DNA of 40,903 nt from Chlorokybus atmophyticus (GCA_009103225.1 RHPI01002533.1:1005758-1046660), one strand, 5' to 3'. Counted from the stretch's first letter, positions 1-12,270 are shown. The notes: a model not told the origin generated them from the letters alone. Translations and numbers: made by a program.

Positions 1-180
1 GCACGCACACCCACACGCATGCGCGCGCATATGCACACATATGCAGACACTTACACGGAGCCGTATCCGGCAGACATGCAAGAGCAGGCACGCACACGCG
101 CACACGCAAAGCTAGACTCACGCATACACCCACACGCACACGCACGCACACACACACACGCGCCACATGCTTGCACTTAC

Positions 181-1088
181 ATCCGCCAGGTCGAGGTGTC
201 CCGCCGGTATCTCATCATAGTTGTCGTCGACGCGCATCAGGATGTCCGGCACCTCGCTGTGGCCGTAGCGCGCGGCGGCGGCGGCGTAGAAGGAGTCGAT
301 GCTCGGGTCGGCGCTGGAGTTGTAACCGGAGTAGGCGGGGAGAGAGGCACCGAGCAACGCCGGCAGGTACTCGTAGAAGCATATTGCCTGTGGGAAGCAG
401 AGTGTCAACAGTTGGTAGACACGTATGCGCACGCAGGCAAGATCTCATCAGCACAGGGAGACAAAGACATCGCACGCACACATGCAGATGCACGCGCGCG
501 CGTACACACGCACGCACACGCGCTCTCAACCTGCATGAAAGCGACGTTCCACTTGCGCGCGGCGCTGAACAGCTGCTCGTCGCTCCACGCCGTGTTGCTC
601 TGCGCGAACTCTCCCGCCAGCCGGTTGTGCTCACGCACGAATACCGTCTGTTGTTCACATTCACATGCAACACAAGCATCAGTATCAATATCAGTATCAG
701 GGTAAAACAACCCCACATTACACCCCAATCACACGCAGCCACTGTGTGTTCAACACCTCCCTTTCTCTCACCTGAAGAGCAATCATGGCAGGGTTCATGT
801 TGCCACGCACATCCCCCGTCAACAGCATCATCTGCGCGAGCACACACACACACATAAACATGTGGTTAACACTCACCACTCACCGCATACCCACACATCC
901 TCCCCCACATCATGTCACACCCACCGGCTCCCTTCCCGCTTCGTTCTCCTCTTCCGTGTCCCCAGAGGCAGCCCACGGCAGGTCCCCCTCGTCGCGCGTG
1001 GCAAGACGACCCCCGCGGCCGGTACGAAGAACTTGCGTGGCTCGGTCCGCACTCGTCCTTGGAGGTGTGTGTTTGTGTGTGTGCGTGC

Positions 1089-1119
<31 letters not shown>

Positions 1120-2525
1120 TGTGCATCAGTGTTGATATCACTGACTCACCCGTAGATGACGCTCCCGTCGATGAATGCCGTGGCTGCGTTGACTTGCTGG
1201 CGCGCCGTGCCTGTGGCTGTAGGCAATAGATTTGTGTTGAAGCTCATCACTACTGAACTGCAACAACCACCACACCAATACTGTTGCGAAGTTGTGCTTA
1301 CTGCTGTTGGTTGTGGTGAGGGTGCGGTTGAACGGCAGCGTCTGGTTGCCATTGCAAGCGTGGTCAAAGATCGTGTCGCATAGTGGCACAGGGATGGGAG
1401 TACTTTCGTTCCTGCATGTCGGTATGCGTGTGTTTGCCTGTCTGTATGTGTACGTGCGCGCGCGTGCATACGTGTGCTGTGTGTGTAACACAATCAGTCT
1501 GCCTGTACTACAAAGGCGCTAAGGGGTAAAGTGTTATATATAAATGCTGTATAAAAGCTTTACTGGTGCTGGGTCACCAGTAAAGCTTATATACAACATT
1601 TATACATAACACTTTACCCTGTGCGCAGATGCACCATATCCCAGTTGAAGAACTGCCCCTGCAGCGTCAAAACAAGGAGGGGTCAGGGGTCTACAACAAC
1701 GACAACAACAACATCATGCAGGCGTGCATTATACGTGATGCAAAGAAGAGAAAGAGAAAGGAGATCTTGCAGCAGGTACAGCCAACACAGCACTCACCAG
1801 GTACGACAGCATGGCGGTCGTCATCCGTCGCGAGCGCGGCTGACTGTTAGCACAGCACAAACACACACGAGTGATGAGTGTTTTTCAACCGCACGCCCAA
1901 TCAACAAGTCTCAATTCCTCTCACTGCATGCACATGCACATGCGCTATACCTCCTGTAGTCTGGCAGTCCCACCCCGACGCTGACCGCCCTCGCCCCGGG
2001 CCTCGCGGCGGAGGTTGTCGTGTTCGATGCTGCGGACAGGGGAACCTGCAACCGCGCGAGCGGCTGCCCGACAGACCTGCGAGCGAGCAAGCAAGGAAGT
2101 GGGATGCGAGCGAGTGAGAGGGAGGCAGGATACTGTGTCCGCGTGTGCGGCTGGACACACAAGCATACGCGCGCGTGCGTGTGCAATCGCACGCGCGCTC
2201 ATGGACACCCAACACGCATACACGCAGATGCATGGGAGGGTGACGTGCATCTGTCTGTGAGCACTCGCGCACATCCACACCCTCACCCCCACCCCCACCC
2301 ACCCACCCACACGCACCCCCATTCCGGTCGTTTGAGGTTGTTCCCTGCCCCGTCGTACGTATAATACGCCGTCACGGCCCCGGCGGCAGCCTCCGCCGCA
2401 TCAGAGGGCGGGGGCGGGGGCGGCGCGGCTGCATTCGACGCGACGGTGCCGAGGGAGAGAAGAACGGACGACAGGACGAGAACGACAAGGAGGTTCTTGC
2501 GACCGATCGATCGTGAAGCACCCAT
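181..2525 (-). CDS. Secreted animal-type heme peroxidase (peroxidase-cyclooxygenase superfamily); 3' part runs off the window
   Basis: Ten phase-consistent GT-AG exons: 2525-2317, 2076-1951, 1843-1798, 1658-1618, 1411-1302, 1210-1150, 1057-925, 831-772, 647-531, 387-181. Signal-peptide-like N-terminus (LLVVLVLSSVLLSLG), then family motifs YYTYDGAGNNLKRPEWG, RPGARAVS, QQVNAATAFIDGSVIYG, GDVRGN, TVFVREHNRLA, EQLFSAARKWN, YEYLPALLG and proximal-His motif AARYGHS. Confidence 0.92.
1074..1122. repeat. (GT)n/(GCGT)n intronic microsatellite, representative of many similar tracts in peroxidase and CFAP97 introns
   Basis: gtgtgt...gtgcgtgcgtgcgt run read directly from the sequence. Confidence 0.9.
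1524..1619. repeat. Long inverted repeat (45-bp arms, 3 mismatches, 6-nt loop) at the 5' end of peroxidase intron 4
   Basis: Arm 1524-1568 gggtaaagtgttatatataaatgctgtataaaagctttactggtg versus reverse complement of 1575-1619 gggtaaagtgttatgtataaatgttgtatataagctttactggtg; loop ctgggt. Confidence 0.95.
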
Positions 2526-3760
2526 CTGAGACGTGCGGGTTGCGCGAGGGTGGGTGATACGCATGGGTGTATGCGTGTATGGTCACAGGCGTGGTTGCTT
2601 GCACGACCTGCAAGCACGAGAAGCACGTAGGAGCTGTGTCACAGTCTCTCTGGCGGTAGTGATGAAGTGTGATACAACATCGCTAATGTTGACTAGTTTG
2701 ATGATGCTCACAGTTGCATCTCTGCAATCGTTCACGTGTTGGCAGCAACTACTACTAACCCAACACCGCGTTCACTACATCATAACAACATAGCCAGCAA
2801 CGATCGTCATCGTCACCGTCGCCATCACCATCACCATTACCATCAACAACAACAACAACAATAGCAAGGTAGTGAAGCCCACCTGTGCCTGATGACGTTG
2901 TCCAGCAGTCGCTCATCCCCAAACCAACAGCAGATCCGGTTGCAGTGTCACACTACCAACCACCTACTTCTCCGTTACTGCTAGCGTGTCAATCTGAACC
3001 AACCAAACGTACTAGCCAGCGTAGCATCCACTCGGTGTAAACTCCAATCACCAACACATCTACTGAAACCGAACCAAGTCAGATCACCCACAGAGACTGA
3101 TCAGGCAGACAACTGCCTGAAGGAGGGCTAGATCAGCTGTCGTGTCTGTGTGCCATGTGTCTGCATACACTCATAACAACAGCAGCATCACCCACGACAA
3201 CACCACATGCCATTGTCGTCACTCTCAGCCTGATGGTGTTTGTGTTGTCTGTCTAACGCTGATGCATTCAATCAACTGAGAAGAATGCTGAACCAGCGAG
3301 TTAAACGCCAGCGAGCGGCCTGTAAGTTACGCCGATGCGCATCACTTGTCTGCGTCACGTGACTGCCCTCCATGGCAGCAGCGGTTACGACGGCTGTAGT
3401 TTTGGAATACGTGACTTGCACCCTTGTTGTAACCACGATACGCAAACGGTCGCCCCTGGGCGGCGTGTACTGGCCACGGCGGCAACGACGACGACAGCGA
3501 CGTCGCCGCCGCCGTCGAGCGCAGCACATCCATCCAGGGGCGGACGGCGTTGTCACGTACGTTCAATCTGACGTAGCCCTGTCGTTGTATAGCTCGCAGT
3601 AGCTAGTCGGGGCGAGGATGAGCTCGTCATCCTGGCATTGACGTCGTCCATGAGGAGGAGGAGGAGGAGGAGAACGATGACGAGGAGGGCGATGACCCTA
3701 TTAGGAGTGGAGAGAGGGGCGTAGGAGGTTGACATCCGGAGGTAGCACACGTCCTTTGCG

Positions 3761-6353
3761 ATGGGTTGGGCTGCGGTGTGGTGCGCTGTTGCTGGTAGCG
3801 CTGGGTCGTCGATCGGCAAGGCCCTGCAGAAGCTCGCCACGCAGACTCTCCCACGCCTATCGCTCTCAGCACCAGTGAGTTTGTCAGAGAGGAGGAGTCT
3901 AGCGTGTATTTACATACACATGGTTCAGCTCCACGTCGCCGTGTCAATGCTTTGTTTCTACAAAGGATCTTGTATTGGTGATGAGCGGGTGTGGTGTTGT
4001 CATAAAAACGTGATCGACTGACCATAGAGTTGCCATGTGTGAAGTGTTGGGGGTTTTGATGTTATGCTGCCATTCTCATTGCAGCACTTCCTTCCATAGC
4101 ATCATCGCTGAGCTCGGCATGCATACCTTGACATACCTTGATAACAGGCAGTCATGCAAGGTTTTCTCATGCCTGTGTTTGACGACTAGCACTGAACTGA
4201 CTAATCGTAACCCACTGACCTGCTGAGGCAATCTCTTTACTAAAACACTGCCAACACTTGCGTGCATCGTGTGTATGCCACTAAAGCTCGTCTCTATACC
4301 CGCACGAATGTATGTGAAATGCGCAGTGTGTGTTTGGCTCAGTGTTGTCAGCTACCTACCGCACGCACGCACAAAGCAAGCACGAATGCATGCATGGAAG
4401 CAGTCTGCAAGCAGCTCACGTGCATTGGGAGACCACTCAATGAGTGGTAAATGTTGGCATTGGCAGGTGCTAAGGCAGTATCTGCTAAGCAGGCTATGGG
4501 TGGGCGGTGTCGCCGCGGACGTTGCCGGCGCGCTGCTGATGGCCATTGCCGTCGCCCTCGCACCCGTGAGATCCCATGCGGTTGTGATTATTATCGCATG
4601 CACGCATTGTGCTTGTGAGCCGGTGGTCATGTGGTGTGGCTTCGCCGTGTGCAGGTGTCGCTGGTGCAGCCGGTGCAAGGCAGCGGGCTGGCCATCCTCG
4701 CGGTGTTCTCGCACTTCTACCTTGGGGAGACCCTGAACATCAGAGGATGGACTGCTGTTGCACTCGCATGCGCCGGGACGATTGGTACAGATATTGTTGT
4801 CACACCCACCCACACACCCCACCATACGCATACATGCGCATGCACACGCATGCGCGCACACAAGCAAGCACGTAGACACATGCACACAGTTTGCGCGCAC
4901 ACATAGGCACACACAGATGTGCACATGTGCAGGAGAACGATTGTTTTTGTGCAACAGGTATGGGGTTGAGTTCCGAGCAAGCACAGCAGGCGGAAGGAGC
5001 TAGTGTAGACGGCTGGCGCGCGTTTCTGTTCCTCATAGTTCTGGTCTTTGGATTGGTAAGCTGTCCCCCTGTGTGGCTTGCAAAGTCAACTTATCGACCA
5101 TAGTGTATTCACGGATGTAGTGGTTGCGCATGTAAGTTCCCTGCTGCTCGCTGCGTGTGTATGTTGGAAGTCTAACATGGTGGACATCGCTTGCAGGTTG
5201 CAAGCGATGTTTGGCTCAGAGGAAGACGGCGAATACACGACCGCAGGCATCATGATCTGCCTTTGGGACCCACCAAGGGCCAGGTATCTGTGGTGTGCAC
5301 GTGTGTGTGTCTGCGTGTGGGTATGCCCCACATATGCACAAGAAAGCCAGCTACAACATCAACTCTTTTGTGTGTGCTTTTGTGCAGTCTGCTGCAGATG
5401 TTGTGTTGGAGGTTGTTACCGGGACGCAGGCAGGCACCTGCTTTGGGTAAGTGCGCAGCGCTGAAAGGTAGTGAGGTGTCGCATGTTCATTGACCCTACA
5501 TGTGCATGTTTGTGTTGCCCGCAGGTTGTCGGCAGTGGTCTGCAGAGTTGGCTTTGTGCTGCATCAGAGAGGCCACTCTGTACTCTGCGTGCCAGCTGGG
5601 TTCATCTGCTCTGCTGGACTGTCCGGTAGCGGTTTCCTGCTGCAGGTGTGTCAAAACTACTACTAGTACTTTGTTCTACATGTTGCTTGCATGTAAACAT
5701 TTCGCGTGTAGCCGTGTCAGGTCTCGTGCTTTTTATAAACCTGCTGCTGTTGGCAGACGCGTGGGTTGAAGGATGGAAGGGCGGTTGCGGTATGTATTGT
5801 TGCACTGCATGCAGCATCATATGCGCACAAATAGAGTTCTTTGGCGTTTTACGTGGTTACTGTGTGGGTGTGGCATCTAAGTTCCGTTGTTCTTAACAGG
5901 TTTCTACCAGTGCAGCTGTAGCGTCCATCATGGCGGGCATTCTGATGGGTATGACAGTGTTGGGAGAGCAGCTGCCAGTTTCGTGGCGGCTGCGCATGGC
6001 ACGCGTCGCCAGCTGGTAAAACCACCCGACCACCTCAGTACTTCATGCCTTCTGCTAGCTTTGTTTGCTAACACTTCCATACTGATGAATGCAGCACGTC
6101 GCTAACCTCGCATTGCTTTGGCAGCCTGTGCATACTGGGAGCAGTGTTGTTGCTGGTGATGGCGGACTCCGCGTTGAAGTGGCAGCAGCTGCCGGACAGG
6201 CTGCAGCGCATGCTGCGGAAGCGGTCTCAAGACCGTAAGGTGATGGAGAAGCACCTGACCGCCAGCCGAGCGCGCAGCTTCAGCTCATTTATTCCCCTGG
6301 TGCCGCCTCCACCTATAAACACTGCTTCTCTTAAGTCGGGTCCTGTAAACTGA
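3761..6353 (+). CDS. NIPA9: Probable magnesium transporter NIPA9-like (DMT superfamily)
   Basis: Spliced exons give MGWAAVWCAVAGSAGSSIGKALQK..., GALLMAIAVALAP|VSLVQPVQGSGLAILAVFSHFYLGE, GSGFLLQ|TRGLKDGRAVA|VSTSAAVASIMAG...LGEQLP, matching plant NIPA9 motifs ([35 protein letters not shown]). Stop TGA at 6351-6353. Confidence 0.88.
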
Positions 6354-6741
6354 TTGACTTTGCGCTGCTTGATGTTGACACTGGAGTGCCAACGGAATAT
6401 GTTGCTTTGCAAATGCATGGCTGTGCGCATCAGTCCAAGCAAGCAATCCCAATCTAACACAACTGCATTAAGCAGCCCAACAGTCCTGCACAGAAGTCTT
6501 ACTGGTGTTGTCTCTCAGTGCCTGCTTACAGTTTCCAAACCATTCTTGCACTCGCATTGGACAAGTCCTGTGCGCTTCGCTGGCCGCATGTCCGTCGCCA
6601 ACACTCGTAAATGCCTGCGTGATATGCAAGTGTGCTTTGTTATTGGCCATAACATTAGAGCAGCGGGTAATGTGGATGCATACCTGCCAGGGTAGAGGTG
6701 CGTGGTGTGGGATATAAGGGAAGTATGAGATATGGCACTGA

Positions 6742-9739
6742 TCATGCCAAATCTGATCGACGCTCCATCTGGTCCACCGCCAACTGCAAGCGCTGCACTT
6801 TGTCCATGGCATCCGACAGCAAGTTAGCCTCTGCAGTGATGGCTTTCTGCAACTTCTCCATCTGCGCATCTGCAACCTGCGGCAATAAAGTGAGGTCTTA
6901 GGCTGAGGTCTTAGCAAACCTGGCTACAGTTGTACATGTTGTGCTTTCGTCAGCATGCAACGCTCCTGAGCGCGTATAAGCACCTGAGTGCGCTGCCTTA
7001 CGGGTGGCACAAGCTTGTGAGTAAAGACATTGTCGCTTCGCAACTGCAGTTCGACAAGCTTGCTCTGCAGGCTTGGCAGCTGTGCGTCAGTGTCATTGAG
7101 AAGCTCTTTGAGCTCTTTCTCCTTGTCTGTGAGAGGGCGCGTCCGTCGCCATGCTAGCTCTTTGAGTATCTGAAGTACAATAGTACGCATTAGTATGCTG
7201 CATCTTGCTTGCGCGCACAGGCATGTGTCTGCTTTACCATGCAATATGCACCTGAAACCGCTGCAGGGCGTTATTGTGGCGCTCAATCGCTCGCTGGACG
7301 CTAGAGTTCAGCCTGTCGGACTCTTCCAGAAGTGCAGTGGCCGTCTGTTGCAGCCTCTTTCTCCTCACCTTCTGCGTAGCAACCTCCTGCGCCATCTGCT
7401 TCGCCAGCGTCTGTATGGTCGTGTGCATGTGGTACAGATGTTGGACGTACTTCTCCCTGAGAAGCTTGGAACACTCGTGCAGGTGTTTGCGACCCTCGAG
7501 CGTGCGCACATCTTGCACCTCATTCCCTGAGGGCATCTGCAAAGTAGGGTTCAGACTGGAGCCATGCAGCGGACCACAACTGTTTTGACAAGATGACAAC
7601 GCCTGAACCCAATACTTGACCATGACTCACAGGTGGCAGTTTCATAGAAGGAGGGCCTCTCAACAGCTCTCTGCGGAGTGCCTCTTGGTGTACAGCAACC
7701 ATCTGTTCGGCACCATTGGAGTTCTGATCGGCATGTAATAAGTCACTACACTCAAAAACGCTCGGCTCCAAGGCGACCAGCTCATCGCTGCCTGTGAGGC
7801 ACACCAAGCGCTCATCTGCAAGGGGGCTCAAAACCACAGCCGCACCTGTCAGTAACCTGTCACCGTTTTGAGAAGAGAACAGGCACTCCACACTCGGCGG
7901 TAACAACTCGGGTGCTTCATCATCGTCATCGTCGGACTCGACGGCCTCCCCAGCAACATCGACAAGCCACGGCAGCACCACCGAGTGCACTGCTTGCGAT
8001 TGCCTGCAGTAAAACCGCTCTGGCATTGCCGCATCTGGCAACAGATGAAGCTTGCCAGCATTTGAACTTGGCAGCTGGATGACATTGACGAGCACCAACG
8101 GGGGTGACCTGTCATCCAGCTCAATTGCGGGTGCGGCTGAGACAGAGACAAGCTGTCCGCGCGCAATGACAAGTGCAGGCTTGGGTCTTGACCACGTGGG
8201 CAACACGCTGTCCCCAAGAAGCAACACCCGCACCGCTCGCTGCGCAGCCACCACCACTGCGGTCACATCTGAAACGGAGGCGAGCAGGAGGCCGCTTGCG
8301 TGCGTGTACATGTTTGCGCCAAGAGCATCCTTCAGCTGCGCGTCGCGGCAGTGCACAGCCAATGGTCCTTGAAGCACAGGAGACATCTGCTCAAACGCAT
8401 GCGGCACCGCCTGTACCAGCTCGGTGTTGGCGGAACCATCAACAACTGATGGGAATGCCAACTGGCACCAGTCCGCCACCTCTGCTTGGCGGTCTGCATC
8501 ATCATCGTCATCTGATGGCGCGTTCCTCACAAGGGCCTTGAGCTCGGCCCTCGGCACCCACACACCCCACGGGACAACTGGGCACAGGGTGTAGATGCTG
8601 CCATTGCCGTACACGAGGAAGATGGTGAAGCGGTCCCAGCCAGAAGCATCGCTGAAAGCAAAAGCAACTGGCTGACTGGATCTGGCATTGCTTTGCAACC
8701 TGTACTCCTGCTCGGGAGTTTCGGCGTCACCGAGCACGTTGAAGATGCGCAACACACTATCGGAAGTCAACACAACCACATGGACATCGCTCAAAGGATG
8801 CCAGGAAGCTTGCAGAACGCGCAAGGCCGGACGCACGCGGAAGAACTCAGCTGCAAGGAGAACTGTTCGACACTTTGACGGCTGTGTCGGCTGACTGCTG
8901 GCTGCTGATGGTTCATGCAACAACTCCACTATGCCGACACCCGCCCTCCCCTCTGAGCTACTGCGAGCCAATGTTGACATGAGTTCAAGAAGGTGATCGA
9001 GAGCGTCACTGTGAAGCATGGCAGTTACAAGTACCTTGCAAGCAGTAAGCGCTGGTCATCGCGGTTGAGAGCGATGCTGTGCACGTTGAAAGGCAGGGAT
9101 GGGTTTAGCTCGAGCAGCTGTACTGCTTCTTCAGGTCGCGCAAACCCTCCAGCTGCAAGAGTTAGTAGTTGATACTACAGCATGCTGAAAGCAACAGCAA
9201 TGCGGCTGCTGAGCCTTGACAAGCAACACCAGGATCAATCACAATGCAACAACAAACGAGATATGCTTCTTTCACTGAACTCGGTGTACTGCGACATACA
9301 TACGCCATTTATGGATAAGCTAGCATGAAACAATGGTGTTGCAACTTGACTGCTGCGATGGCATGTGAGCGCCCTTTCAGCACAATCCGCAGTAAAGCAT
9401 GCATTCAATAATTGCTACGCGCCTGCATGCGCAAGTATGTGTTTGGCATGCTCAATTGTGCTCACCAAGCTCATGCTACCGCAACCACGACCTGACGAAG
9501 CAACGCAAACAGCAGAAAGCTGCACGGCTCCTCACTCACTCACCAAGCGCATGTCTGAGCGGGAAAACCAGCAAGCGCCCCTTGCCCTGCAGCGACCCCT
9601 CCTTGTCGTTTGCGCAGCTCCACACCAGCACCCTGCCCCTTGCATCAACAGCCACCACCTGCTGCGCCTCCCCGTCCACCGCTGCCGCCCCCGCCGCCGC
9701 CGCCGCCGGAGGCCCCATGGCTGGTAGCGTTGCTGGCAT
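6742..9739 (-). CDS. NUP88: Nuclear pore complex protein NUP88/Nup82 (MOS7-like)
   Basis: Large exon with LRVLQASWHPLSDVHVVVLTSDSVLRIFNV and WDRFTIFLVYGNGSIYTLCPVVP (Nup88 beta-propeller motifs), followed by coiled-coil exons ending ...RRSDLA TGA at 6744-6742. In-frame ATG candidates at 9805, 9739 and 9718. Confidence 0.85.
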
Positions 9740-9867
9740 TGCTGGGCATGTCGTTAGGGTTTTAGGCGGCGGCGGCGGCGGCGGGGTGGGAGGTGGTTCA
9801 AGCATGCAGTGACTTGCTGTAGCTTGCTTGCTTGCTTAGCAGAAGCTGTGTGCTTTTGCTTTGGAAC
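9740..9867. promoter_or_regulatory. Very short divergent (bidirectional) promoter region between NUP88 and the RlmN-like gene
   Basis: Head-to-head start codons 62-149 bp apart depending on the NUP88 ATG; contains a (GGC)n tract and (GCTT)n repeat. Promoter function is inferred from geometry. Confidence 0.55.
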
Positions 9868-12233
9868 ATGGGCAGGAGCCTCGGCAGGCGGCGGCCTGTG
9901 CTTGACGAGGCAGCGTTGCTGGAGTTCCTGGCCGAGCGGGGCTACAAGGAGGTCCACGCCACTACCATCTGGAGGTCCGCTTGCTTGCTTTTGATCTGTC
10001 CCATGCTGCACTCTGTCGCCTTACCAGCTGCACGCCGATGGAGTGTTGTGCGGCACACCGCACACGACGCTAGAGTGGCACCAACGCACTGCTACTTTCT
10101 CAACAGCAAATAGAATACAACATACAACCCCCATTGCACAGCTCAGAAGTTGTGAAATTCGCACCTCATGTAATGCACAACTCTGGCGGTGCCTCCAAAC
10201 CGGTAGATGTTCCCATCCGTCAATGGCAGCTACGTATATCAGAATTGCGCACTTACTCCTGCCTTAGGTTGCAGCCGAACGGAAATCTATACCGTCGTAG
10301 CTGTCACAACGTTGGGTGGCACTGCAGGCACAATGACAGACGTTGTGATGTGTTGCAGTGCTATATGATCAAGCGCTTGCGATGCTGAAGTCAATTGCAT
10401 TACGAAGTTGACGTGAGGCATGTTTGTTTTACTCGATTTCTTTCTTCTTCAACAACACGCATGTGATCACGGAAATCACCATGACATCGCACGAAGTCAT
10501 GGCAAACATACCTCAATGCGGCAGCAAACTGTAGTCCACTGCTTGCCACCAATACTGTACAAGCTGTCAACTCGCTTCATTTCCAGGCAGTCCAACATGA
10601 CTGCCAACTGCAAGCTAATTTTGAAATGTGCGAGACTGCATGCCTTTGCTCACGCTCTTTCTGCAGCCACGTCATAAGGAACAACTATGACGTGCAGCTC
10701 CAGGACATACCCGGTCTTTCTCGGCAGCTGGCAGCAGACTTGCCGTTGCACTTTGACGTGCTGACGTCCATCGTGGCAACACAGCAAACAAGCGCGGATG
10801 GCACGACGACCAAGCTGCTTGTCACGCTGCAGGATGGCATGCAGGTGGAGGCGGTCATAATGCGGTATGACCCGTCTGCTGGCAAGTATGCTGGCGGCCA
10901 GCGCGGGGGTGGACCGCGCGCCACCCTGTGTGTATCCTCACAGGTGAGCCATCAGTGCACTGAACTGGTCCAGATCTACTGAACAGTGGAACACTGGAGC
11001 AATGTGGTGATTTGCTTGTGATATTGCACAACAGATTGGCTGCAAGATGGCCTGCACATTCTGCGCTACAGGGACAATGGGCCTGAAGGTGCGGACAGTT
11101 GGTGTAAATATGTGTCGTGTGCACAGTTGATGGATGTGTATGCTTGGCTGCGTCTGTGTTTAGCCAATAAGACAGTCCATCTTGCATGCTTTGCATGCGT
11201 CAACCAGTCCTTGTTTTCCTGTGCTGGCAGGGTAATCTTCTTGCTGGAGAGATACTGGAGCAGCTGGTGCATGCAAGGCGACTGGCACCCATCCGCAACA
11301 TTTGCTTCATGGGTATGGGTGAACCTTTCAACAACTACGCCTCGGTTACTGCTGCAATCAGAGCCATGACTGACCCTCGGCGGTGAGCACTCTGTAAGTA
11401 GCCATTGCATGTACACCGTACTACACTGCATTGGCCCAAGAGAGTTGTACACGTTTCACGGGCAGGCTCATGAGCGTTCATTGCGCAGGTTTGGCCTATC
11501 ACCTGCACACATCACGGTGTCGACAGTTGGGGTTGCACCGCGGATGCGACAGTTGACACTAGATGCTCCCGGCGTGCGCTTAGCCGTCTCATTGCACGCG
11601 CCCTCACAACCGCTGAGGCAGCAACTGGTGCCCACAGCGACCGCGTACCCCCTCACACAGATCATGCAGGCCATGGACGACTACACGTCTGCCAGGTTCG
11701 GGGCTACAGACTGCTTAGATGAGATTGTCTTGTTGAGTCTGTGCTGCATATGATGTGATACTGACTTCTCTGCCAATATTCTGTGCTGCAGTGGACATGG
11801 CGTGTTTGTTGAGTATGTCATGTTGAATGGCGTTAATGACTCCGCTGCACATGCCCATGAGCTTGGTGCGCTGTTGTCAACCCGTAACGTGGTACGTGCT
11901 AATTGTTTAGCATGCGTCCACCTACCTTATGTGATGTCCTACTCTCTGCTTCTCTTGAGGCACGCTGGCCTGTCGCTGCAGGTTGTCAATCTCATTCCTT
12001 ACAACCCAACCACGGTTGACTCAGTATATCAGGCTAGCTCTTCTGATGCCGTGCTCGAGTTTCAAAGCATTGTGCGCGGCACGTACAGTATACATACCAC
12101 CGTGAGGCAAGAGATGGGAAGGGACATCGCTGGCGCATGCGGACAACTTGTGGTTGGAGACAAGCAGAGTTCAGAACAGAGTATGGATATAGAAGAGCTT
12201 GGCAGGACACATCGTACAGCTGTCTGTTGCTAG
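9868..12233 (+). CDS. rlmN: RlmN/Cfr-family radical SAM RNA methyltransferase, no evident transit peptide
   Basis: Spliced motifs TTTKLLVTLQDGMQVEAVIM, RATLCVSSQ|IGCKMACTFCATGTMG (CxxxCxxC), FMGMGEPFNNY, TVSTVG, LAVSLHAP, EYVMLNGVND, VNLIPYNP, GRDIAGACGQL (both catalytic Cys present). Stop TAG at 12231-12233. Confidence 0.93.
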
Positions 12234-12265
12234 CGCCGTCGTATCAATGTGGAGGCTGTGCATGT

Positions 12266-12270
12266 TGTAA
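12266..12270 (+). terminator. Putative TGTAA polyadenylation signal of the RlmN-like gene
   Basis: TGTAA 32 nt after the stop. TGTAA is the established near-upstream element in chlorophytes. Similar copies follow NUP88 (6526-6530, minus), CFAP97 (30772-30776, minus) and ADNT1 (40049-40053). Confidence 0.4.

Noticed and set aside
19-860. Several 200+ aa overlapping ORFs in the track (also 36972-37688, 33372-34001, 4352-4984)
   Set aside because: They are shadows of GC-rich exons plus CA/GT intron repeats, with repeat-derived HTHA/CVCV translations.
9975-10666. Unusually long first RlmN-like intron as host of a nested antisense gene or snoRNA
   Set aside because: Antisense exon-like pieces contain stops or need a 27-nt intron; the C/D box candidates are too close together and degenerate.
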